From positions 1 through 32,943 of the IMG/VR virus record IMGVR_UViG_2854660797_000003: a DNA stretch of 32,943 nt. One strand, written 5' to 3'. The position numbers were made by a program, and so were the translations under genes. This DNA is from a virus. The notes beneath the pieces are model-generated. The model was not told the origin of the DNA and ran no database searches. It worked only from the letters and a program-made list of their open reading frames with translations. Positions 24,006 to 31,299 of the stretch are shown piece after piece. Every line of letters begins with the position of its first letter. Position 1 is the stretch's first letter.

Positions 24006-25847
24006 ATGGACACCAAGAAAGAAATTGAAATCAAACTCAAGTCCACGCTGGACGGAAAAGGCGTGGAAGAAGCCAAACAGCAGATCGACGCGCTGAACAA
24101 GTCTACGGAGCAGTTGGATAAGGGAAGCAAGCAGGCAACCAGGAGCGTGAAGAACATGGGGCAGGGGGCCTTGCAGGCTGCCTACTTCTTCGATGACTTG
24201 CAGTACGGCATCCGGGGCATCATGAACAATATTCCGGGGCTGGTGATGGGCTTCGGAGGCGGCGCAGGTCTGGCCGGGGCGATGTCGCTTGCCGTTCTCG
24301 CCGGGGCGAAGCTTTACGAATGGATGGGAAAAACGGAAGACAAGTCGGCGGATCTCGCCAAAAAAATGAAGGAGCATAGCAAAGAGATTGCCGAATCTTC
24401 TCGTCAGGCTATCCGGGCAAGTTATCAGGCTTTGCAGGAATTCAACCAGCAAGAACGCACCAAGACCGTTAACGAAGAGTATCAAAACTATGTAAAGGGC
24501 ATTACCCGGGAATTTGAATATCAGACGGAAGAGCTTGAAAAACAAATTCGCTTGAGACGGGAGGAAGCGGCCCGCCTGAAAGGAATTGATACACGCCAGG
24601 CGGAGCTTGACCGCGTCAACTTGGAAGTGGGCTACCAGGAAGGAAGAATCACTAAGAGGCAGCGAGATTACGGCTTGATGATGGTTGATCAGAATCTGGA
24701 CCAGAAAATCAGACAGCGTGATTTAGGCGTGGAGCAGGCTAATTACATGGATATTGGCAAACAGCTTTCGGAGGCAGTCAAGGCCCGAGATGCTGCGGAA
24801 GCTCATGCTTTTGATATGCAGTTCAAACAAGGGAACCTTCCTTCTCTTCAAAATATTCTTGGACTTTTACAGCAGCAAGAACGTGCTCAACGTACTATTG
24901 ATAGCATTAGTAGCGACTTATCAAGAATAGAGGAATTACGAAAAAATAGAACTTGGCTTACTCCGTCAGAAGTTGAAGAGTATGAAGGGAGAGTAATAAG
25001 AGAGCAACAGCTTGTTGAATCACGTAATTTGGCCCAAGAAGAAGGTAATGCTCTTCAATTGAAATTGAAGGAATTTCAGGAGTCATTGAGATCCGGCGGC
25101 GTAAATCTTGAATTAGACTATAGCCAAGGGACAGATGTCAATAGTCGCTTCAAACAAGCATCAGATGCAGTAGAAGAATTTAAGAAGAATACGGACGCCG
25201 CGAAAAAACAGTTTGATGATTTAACGGAGAAAGCCGGATCTTTGGGTGATGCGATGGCTTCAACCGAAGCGTCTATTAAAAACATGGAACAAATCGACGC
25301 TATTCAAAATCAAATAGACGCCGGAAAGGTTAAATCATTTAACATGCAAAGAGACAGGGAAGAAGCAGAGGAAGCCCGAAGAAATGAAGAGAAAATAAAG
25401 AAGGCTCGTGAACGGACCGAAAGGGAGGCTCAAAAGCAGACCGCCGAGAGGCAGCAGGCGATGATCCGCGGCATTACTCTTGAAGGCGTACCCGAGCATC
25501 CTACCGCCCAGCAACGCGCCCGGATTGCGGCTGCCCGCGAAGCTTTGAATGCAGGGAAGAAACGCCTTGCGGAAAGCATTTCGGACAAAGATACGGAAAT
25601 CGACCCCAGCGAGCTTCAGGAAGTGTTTGACGTTATGAAAAACTCATTGATAGAAAGCGGACAATACACGAAAAAATTGATGGATTTCTTGAAAACCATA
25701 GCAACAGCACAGACCGCCAATGTAAATGCCATTCAAGCAGATACGAAAAAATATGTAGATGCTAAATTCGAGGAAATCTTGAAGATAGTGCAGAAGGGCA
25801 ACGGAAGATTGCAAACAGGGATAAACAGGCTTGCCGGAGGCTTTTAA
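24006..25847 (+). CDS. Tape measure protein
   Basis: 613 aa, mostly coiled-coil, with a Gly-rich hydrophobic segment GIRGIMNNIPGLVMGFGGGAGLAGAMSLAVLAGA near the N-terminus. Confidence 0.7.
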   Translation: MDTKKEIEIKLKSTLDGKGVEEAKQQIDALNKSTEQLDKGSKQATRSVKNMGQGALQAAYFFDDLQYGIRGIMNNIPGLVMGFGGGAGLAGAMSLAVLAGAKLYEWMGKTEDKSADLAKKMKEHSKEIAESSRQAIRASYQALQEFNQQERTKTVNEEYQNYVKGITREFEYQTEELEKQIRLRREEAARLKGIDTRQAELDRVNLEVGYQEGRITKRQRDYGLMMVDQNLDQKIRQRDLGVEQANYMDIGKQLSEAVKARDAAEAHAFDMQFKQGNLPSLQNILGLLQQQERAQRTIDSISSDLSRIEELRKNRTWLTPSEVEEYEGRVIREQQLVESRNLAQEEGNALQLKLKEFQESLRSGGVNLELDYSQGTDVNSRFKQASDAVEEFKKNTDAAKKQFDDLTEKAGSLGDAMASTEASIKNMEQIDAIQNQIDAGKVKSFNMQRDREEAEEARRNEEKIKKARERTEREAQKQTAERQQAMIRGITLEGVPEHPTAQQRARIAAAREALNAGKKRLAESISDKDTEIDPSELQEVFDVMKNSLIESGQYTKKLMDFLKTIATAQTANVNAIQADTKKYVDAKFEEILKIVQKGNGRLQTGINRLAGGF

Positions 25848-25893
25848 CAGCTTTTAGGCTTGCACTAACGCCGGTTTATAGCACCATACCACT

Positions 25894-26382
25894 ATGGCTA
25901 ATTATTACGTCGCTTCCAACTCAAACAATGCTGAGGGCCCCTACTCTTTTGAAGAACTTGAAGCCTTGTACAAGGAAGGGAAAATCTTGTCAGAAACTCT
26001 TGTTTGCCCTGAAGGAGGTCAGGAGTGGCTATCCTTTGGAAGGATTTATCATCTGACCAAAAACACCAATAGAAAAGCAGAAGAACAAGAATCGGAGAGC
26101 AGATCAAAGAAACGCTTTGTTGAATTTATTTTAGATGAGAGAGAAGAAAAACCTGCTTGGGCGAATGAGCAAGAGCCTCTAAAAATTACAGTAGAGGGGA
26201 TGTTTCAAGTAGTGGGAGCAATGACGATTATTGCTGGTATTGTATTATTTTTAAGCAATTTTTATCATCATCAGTTTCCACTAGCCTTCATCTATTTGTT
26301 ATCAGGCGCTTTCTCCTGCCTCGTCTGCTTCTGGTTCGCGAAGGTTCTGACGTTGCTCCAAAAGATCGCCGATAAGAAATAA
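25894..26382 (+). CDS. GYF_2-domain membrane protein (moron candidate)
   Basis: 162 aa. The N-terminal YYVASNSNNAEGPYSFEELEALYKEGKILSETLVCPEGGQEWLSF fits the GYF_2/DUF4339 pattern. There are two C-terminal TM helices. The gene is markedly AT-rich relative to the tail genes flanking the 24.8-26.4 kb patch. Confidence 0.55.
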   Translation: MANYYVASNSNNAEGPYSFEELEALYKEGKILSETLVCPEGGQEWLSFGRIYHLTKNTNRKAEEQESESRSKKRFVEFILDEREEKPAWANEQEPLKITVEGMFQVVGAMTIIAGIVLFLSNFYHHQFPLAFIYLLSGAFSCLVCFWFAKVLTLLQKIADKK

Positions 26383-26433
26383 ACCACTAACCATTTTACA
26401 AGCAGCAGGAACCACGACATCACCATCAATGAC

Positions 26434-28578
26434 TTGCTGGACCTCAAGCCGTCGAGCCTGACCCACGACCAGCAAAGCTTTTCCGCCTCCGCCATCACCG
26501 CGGTTTATCCCGTCCGCACCTTGGGCGAGGTCTTGCCCTTCCAACAATTCGATACCGTCACCATCTCCCAAAACGGGAACACCATTCTATCCGGCCTCGT
26601 TTCCAGCATCGAAAAGACCTACAGCGGCTCTTCCCGCGCGTGGAAAATCGTCTTTTCCGATCCCTGGTATTGGCTGGACAACTGCTTTGCGCTGGATTCC
26701 GAATGGAAGCCGGTCTTCTCCATGTGGCAAACCACCAGCAGCGGAAATGAAATCATCCCTAAAATAAGCATTTCCGCCGCGCTCTCCCGGGTGCTGAATC
26801 TCGCCAAGCATCACCCGGCGGACTACGAGCTGCGCATCAGCGATGACAAGATGCTGATTCCGTGGAACGCCTCCTGCGATACGATTGGCAGCCTCCTTCA
26901 ATCCATCCGCCATTGGTCGCCCCGGATGGTCACGTACTACGACTACAGCGGCGCGCGTCCCAAACTCATCATCACGGACTATGACGCCCTGACGCCCATC
27001 TCGCTTCCCTTGCAGCCGACGGCGACGGTCAAGTCTATGGATGTTTCCCTGGTCCCCCGGGGCGACCTCGTACCGCCCTGCGTGGCTATCGTCGCGGAAA
27101 CCACCGGAAGCAACGGCTACCGCGTCTCCTACCTGTCCAAATACCCGGAGGACGGGGACCCGACCTTGCCGCACTCCATTGTTTACCGTACGTCAGTAGA
27201 CTTCTACTACTCCAAATACAGTTCTACCGGGGAACCGGTAGAAGATCCGCAGCCGGTGCAGGGAACCAGGGCCGGCAGCCTGTCCTACCAGCGCATGAAA
27301 GTGACGGGAACCAGGATTGACCAGAACGACATGATCAACAGTTTCTGGCAACATCATTTTCCGTGGATGAAAGAGGTAGGAGCCATCGCCGTCTATGACA
27401 AGCAGCCGGTCATCACCGGGAAGCCCTGGGACGGAACAGAAGAAGACAAGCCGCGAGGCTACAACACCAGCGCGACGGGCTACGCTCTGGAAGACGGGCA
27501 AATTCACACCAAATCCCTCCGCCCGCAATGGTGTAACGCCACCGTCAAGCAGCGTCTTGCCATCCCGGAAAGCGCCCCGGCCAAGTGGAGGGAGAAATTC
27601 AAGAATGTGGGGACCCTGCAAGGCGTGCCCTGCTTCTGGGAAGAATTCTCGGTGGATCTGGTCACCATGGACCGCCCCTACGCGAGTTACCCCATTGACG
27701 GCATCTACAACGGGGAACAGCCCTCCAACGGGCCGGAAGAAGGGGAATCGCCCCAACCCTCGGAAGGCGTTCCCTATGGGGACATTGCAAAAACGGTATG
27801 GGAATCCATGCAGGAATTGCCGTGGGACGGCTCTATTTCCTTTGTCGCGCTGGGAGAAGCGCAGACGCGGCAATACATGGGCCGGCGCGTCTCGCTGCTG
27901 GGAGGCAACCCAGAGTGGCAGAATATCAACGCCATGATTCAAACCGTTTCGCGCGACCTGCAGACCAACGTGATTTCCCTGTCCTACGGCGCGCCGGAAC
28001 AACTGGGGATTGAAGAATGGGTAGAATTGAAGCGCGTGAATGCCACCTCACGCAGATCCTCCACGCTGGAAAACATGCAGGGAGCGCCGGAATCGACGGA
28101 ATACGGCTTTGACCCCAAGCCAGAATCCCCCACCATCAGCCAGCACATCACCACGGCCACGGGAGAATCCACGCCCGCGCCGGAATACGGCTTCCAGGTG
28201 CGCTTGCAGAAAGATACGGAGGGAGCCATCACCGGGGCGCAAATGAAGCCCGGCGCGCTCTACCTGAACGGATCGCTGCTCGGCAAATACCCGCAGGGGG
28301 GCGGTTCCGGTTCTTCCTGGGTGACTATCCCCCAAACCAGCGGGGAAGTATGGATCAACGTTCACTTCGATCAGGACGCCAAACTGACGGGCGTTGATGT
28401 CTCGGGCCTCCCGGGGACCGTTTATCCTATCATGCTTGCCCAAGAGAAACCGGGTGTCAACTTCGACTATTCCTTTTTGATAGCCGACATCGAAGACGAC
28501 CAAGTGACGCAGTACGCGCTGGGAATGATCCAGATACCCGTCTTCGGAGGAACCTTCTACCCCTACGGACCAGCTTAA
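26434..28578 (+). CDS. Tail tip / baseplate hub-like protein
   Basis: 714 aa with a TTG start, positioned after the tape measure. The N-terminal region resembles gpD/hub-type proteins only loosely. Confidence 0.4.
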   Translation: MLDLKPSSLTHDQQSFSASAITAVYPVRTLGEVLPFQQFDTVTISQNGNTILSGLVSSIEKTYSGSSRAWKIVFSDPWYWLDNCFALDSEWKPVFSMWQTTSSGNEIIPKISISAALSRVLNLAKHHPADYELRISDDKMLIPWNASCDTIGSLLQSIRHWSPRMVTYYDYSGARPKLIITDYDALTPISLPLQPTATVKSMDVSLVPRGDLVPPCVAIVAETTGSNGYRVSYLSKYPEDGDPTLPHSIVYRTSVDFYYSKYSSTGEPVEDPQPVQGTRAGSLSYQRMKVTGTRIDQNDMINSFWQHHFPWMKEVGAIAVYDKQPVITGKPWDGTEEDKPRGYNTSATGYALEDGQIHTKSLRPQWCNATVKQRLAIPESAPAKWREKFKNVGTLQGVPCFWEEFSVDLVTMDRPYASYPIDGIYNGEQPSNGPEEGESPQPSEGVPYGDIAKTVWESMQELPWDGSISFVALGEAQTRQYMGRRVSLLGGNPEWQNINAMIQTVSRDLQTNVISLSYGAPEQLGIEEWVELKRVNATSRRSSTLENMQGAPESTEYGFDPKPESPTISQHITTATGESTPAPEYGFQVRLQKDTEGAITGAQMKPGALYLNGSLLGKYPQGGGSGSSWVTIPQTSGEVWINVHFDQDAKLTGVDVSGLPGTVYPIMLAQEKPGVNFDYSFLIADIEDDQVTQYALGMIQIPVFGGTFYPYGPA

Positions 28579-28586
28579 CAAACACC

Positions 28587-29378
28587 ATGATCAGAATCTA
28601 TTTATTCACCTATGCCGGAGACGCGGATGAAGCCCTCGTCTGCGTCCGGTGCGCTGCGGCGGCCCTCCCTGAAGCCGTCATTACGGTTGTGGACGACAGC
28701 GCCGCTCCGCTTCCTGAACGCGTCAGATCCGTCCTTATGTTAACCGGGGCAAGGTATTGTCAAACCGGCTGGACAAGGAACGGCAACCTGCGCGGCCCGG
28801 AATGCGTCCGGGGCATCATTTCCACGCTGGACGGGGAAGCGGAGGATGAAGACGTCATCGTCAAAATCGACTCGGACACGCTCCTGTTGTCGGGCGGATG
28901 GGTGCGTGACATGCAGCGCAACGGGCTGGCTCTGCACGCCTCCGGCTACCAGGTCCCCAGCCACCCGTCCGAACGCTCCGCCTATGGGTCGTGTTACGCA
29001 ATCAGCGGACGGGCGGCCAGACTGGCGGCGGAGGAACTGATGAAGGCTGACATCCCCACGCTCGCTCCCGAAGACCTGACGATCTGCCGGACCATCCAGG
29101 GCCTCTTTCCCCCGGAGCGGATCAGGCTTGACGAACCCTGGACGCCCTTCAACAGGGAAGGGAAGTGGACGGCCTGGAACTGGTTCAGCATCGCCGTAAC
29201 GCCGAAAAAATACGCCGGCTTCTGGATGGTCACCTTCGGCAACCCACGCCCAACGAACATTCCCAAATCCGAGCGCGCCCGCGCCATGGATGCCTTGTTC
29301 CGTTACCGGTTCCACAAGGAAGAAGACGATCATTTTGTTGATGTCAACAACATGATCGTCTTAGGGAAGGAAGGCTAA
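28587..29378 (+). CDS. GT-A fold glycosyltransferase candidate (lysogenic-conversion-type cargo)
   Basis: 263 aa. ITVVDDSAAP and VKIDSDTLLL (DXD) fit GT2-like nucleotide-sugar binding. It is the last + strand gene before the integrase. Confidence 0.45.
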   Translation: MIRIYLFTYAGDADEALVCVRCAAAALPEAVITVVDDSAAPLPERVRSVLMLTGARYCQTGWTRNGNLRGPECVRGIISTLDGEAEDEDVIVKIDSDTLLLSGGWVRDMQRNGLALHASGYQVPSHPSERSAYGSCYAISGRAARLAAEELMKADIPTLAPEDLTICRTIQGLFPPERIRLDEPWTPFNREGKWTAWNWFSIAVTPKKYAGFWMVTFGNPRPTNIPKSERARAMDALFRYRFHKEEDDHFVDVNNMIVLGKEG

Positions 29379-30562
29379 CGGGCCAGTCCGACGGCAATCT
29401 TGCTCATGGCCTCCTGAACGTCCGCCGAATCCGGGCGGAAATACACCCGTTCAATCTCTTCGGAGTCGTGTCCGACGATGAAGCGGCACAAATCCGGGGA
29501 CACACCGGCCAGGCGCAGGACGGTCACGGCGGTCGCCCGTAGGCTGTGGAAGCTCTTTTCCGAAAGCCGGTGCCGGTCGCCTCTCACTTCCCCGGGCATC
29601 TCTCGGATGATCCCGTACGTTTTCAACAATGTCGTGAACTCCGTGGAAAGCTTGTCCGAACGCCCTCCCGCATGGGCATGGCGAAGCGCGGACAGGGGAA
29701 ACACGTAATCATTCACCCGGTTGAGCAGACGTCTTTCCAGAACCTCTTTCAAGGGCTGGATGATCGGCTTGTTCATGCGGCGCCGGCTCTTCTGCGTGGT
29801 CATGAACAGGAAGGAGTTCTTCAGGTCAATCTGCTCCCATTTCAGCGTCGCCAGGTCTCCGAGGCGCTGGCCTCCGGTGTAGAGGCACACCCGTACCAGA
29901 TCCGGCCATTCATCCGGGAACCGTTCAATGATGGTGTTGACTTCTTCCATCGTGAAGGCGCCGCGCAGCTGCTTTTCCGCCTGGTGGTCCGCCCGGGAAG
30001 GCATGACGCCCCGGAACGGATTTCGGGAAAGAATCTCCCGGTCTACAGCGACATTGAACGCGGTGGACAGCGTGGACACATAGCGGATGACGGTTCCGAC
30101 GGAAACGCGCTCCATTTCCGTTTCTACAAAATCCTTGGCCATCCCTTTATTCAGGGCGGCAAGCGGCATATTCCGCCGGTCCCCCAGGAACGCCAGAAGC
30201 CGGCGGACGGCCATGCCGTCCCGCTCATAGGCCCGCTTCTTGTTTTTCCTCCCGTCCAGCCAGTCAAAAAGGAACCGCGTCACCGTCATGCCGTTCATGG
30301 TGGCTTTCAGCACGCCGGCCTGGTCCCCGGCGATGGCCTTCACCTTGTCCAGGTCGAAAACCCCGTACCGGGCTTCTTTCTCCATCTCCTGGGCCACCAG
30401 CCGCGCCCGTGCTTCATTCTGGGACATGACCGATTTCTTATTGGCTCCCGGAAGCAGAGCCTTGGGAACCACGTCGATGCCGGTGGTTTTCCGAAGCTCT
30501 TTGCCGTCCAGGGAGCGGAAGACGGCCACCCATTTGTTGTTGCGTTTGATGATGCCTGCCAT
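29375..30562 (-). CDS. int: Tyrosine site-specific integrase
   Basis: 395 aa with an N-terminal SAM-like domain. Catalytic-type motifs are YTGGQRLGDL (Arg), HSLRATAVT (H-x-x-R) and VGHDSEEIERVYF (His, Tyr). It lies adjacent to the tRNA. Confidence 0.9.
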   Translation of the reverse strand: MAGIIKRNNKWVAVFRSLDGKELRKTTGIDVVPKALLPGANKKSVMSQNEARARLVAQEMEKEARYGVFDLDKVKAIAGDQAGVLKATMNGMTVTRFLFDWLDGRKNKKRAYERDGMAVRRLLAFLGDRRNMPLAALNKGMAKDFVETEMERVSVGTVIRYVSTLSTAFNVAVDREILSRNPFRGVMPSRADHQAEKQLRGAFTMEEVNTIIERFPDEWPDLVRVCLYTGGQRLGDLATLKWEQIDLKNSFLFMTTQKSRRRMNKPIIQPLKEVLERRLLNRVNDYVFPLSALRHAHAGGRSDKLSTEFTTLLKTYGIIREMPGEVRGDRHRLSEKSFHSLRATAVTVLRLAGVSPDLCRFIVGHDSEEIERVYFRPDSADVQEAMSKIAVGLAR

Positions 30563-30567
30563 AGTGC

Positions 30568-30604
30568 TGTACAGTCCTTAGACAATGTACAGCCGCATGT
30601 ACAG
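30568..30604. repeat. Three direct copies of TGTACAG between int and tRNA-Glu
   Basis: Copies lie at 30568-30574, 30586-30592 and 30598-30604 (the last two as ATGTACAG). Read directly. Confidence 0.6.
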
Positions 30605-30697
30605 GGCGCTTTTTTCTGTCAGGGGCTTTCAGGTGCGCTCAAAACTGCGCAAAACGTAGGAAAATCAAGGGCCATTCCGTCACATGCTGACGAGAAT

Positions 30698-30773
30698 TGG
30701 CATCGCGTACGGGACTCGAACCCGTGTTGCCCGCGTGAAAGGCGGGAGTCCTGGACCGCTAGACGAACGCGAC
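30698..30773 (-). tRNA. tRNA-Glu(UUC): tRNA-Glu (anticodon UUC), CCA encoded
   Basis: The reverse complement GTCGCGTTCGTCTAGCGGTCCAGGACTCCCGCCTTTCACGCGGGCAACACGGGTTCGAGTCCCGTACGCGATGCCA folds as a cloverleaf. The anticodon loop is CTTTCAC, and the sequence is close to canonical bacterial tRNA-Glu. Confidence 0.9.
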
Positions 30774-30796
30774 TTGAACCGGCTTTGACAACATCT

Positions 30797-30871
30797 TGGA
30801 GGCGGGAGCGGGAATCGAACCCGCGAATAACGATTTTGCAGACCGTCGCCTTACCACTTGGCTACCCCGCC
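30797..30871 (-). tRNA. tRNA-Cys(GCA): tRNA-Cys (anticodon GCA), CCA encoded
   Basis: The reverse complement GGCGGGGTAGCCAAGTGGTAAGGCGACGGTCTGCAAAATCGTTATTCGCGGGTTCGATTCCCGCTCCCGCCTCCA has anticodon loop CTGCAAA and a U73 discriminator, typical of tRNA-Cys. Confidence 0.9.
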
Positions 30872-30888
30872 GCTGATGCTGTGCGCGG

Positions 30889-30917
30889 ATACTAGGGAAA
30901 AGAACCGCGGGTGTCAA
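30889..30917 (-). promoter_or_regulatory. Sigma70-like promoter TTGACA-17-TAGTAT for the tRNA-Cys/tRNA-Glu operon
   Basis: On the minus strand the -35 is 30917-30912 and the -10 is 30894-30889, ending about 17 nt upstream of the mature tRNA-Cys 5' end. Confidence 0.55.
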
Positions 30918-31299
30918 TCTCGTTTTTGGAAAAGATGCTTTGTTTTTAAGTGAAGGACTCTCTGGAAACAGCCTTTTTCTTTGGCGGAACGGACAGAGAA
31001 GGAGAGAATGCTTGTTTTTTAAGGCATCATGATTGTGCGGCGGAATGCCGCCCGTGCCTGTTGTCAGATCTATATGGAGCAACTTTGTTCCAAAATGGCG
31101 TGAATCAGGATATAAAAATGCACCAGGAGTTTTTTTGCAAGTTCACGGCAGCACGTAAAATTAGAGGGGAGGTCGTTCCTCTTCGTTCCGAATGAGGGGG
31201 GACTACGCGTTAAACGTGTTGATGGGTTCAGGGAACGCCGCCAGAATACCGGAAGGCTGATGGTTCAGTCTTTCCAAAAAGTAAACAACAACAATAGCA

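Larger units (their letters stand above)
1..30700. mobile_element. Temperate tailed-phage prophage (partial: right end at tRNA-Glu, left end outside window)
   Basis: Contiguous phage modules: recombination, methylase, replication, terS/terL, portal, protease, capsid, tail/fibre, lysis, tape measure. They end in a tyrosine integrase that abuts the 3' end of a tRNA gene. The exact right boundary (att core) was not determined. Confidence 0.85.

Noticed and set aside
23706-24010. Programmed -1 frameshift (G/GT-type) in the chaperone gene upstream of the tape measure
   Set aside because: Only 18 nt separate this gene from the tape measure start, no overlapping extension frame is open, and no obvious slippery heptamer was seen.
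23688-24545. 285 aa minus-strand ORF
   Set aside because: It is antisense to the chaperone-position gene and the tape measure gene. It is a shadow ORF with no recognisable motif.
1-30697. Second att copy (duplicate of the tRNA-Glu 3' end) inside the window
   Set aside because: I did not see one by eye, and the window starts inside phage early genes, so the other junction is expected further left. A computational repeat search is needed to be sure.
29546-30895. 449 aa plus-strand ORF
   Set aside because: It is antisense to the well-supported integrase and runs straight through both tRNA genes, so it cannot be real.
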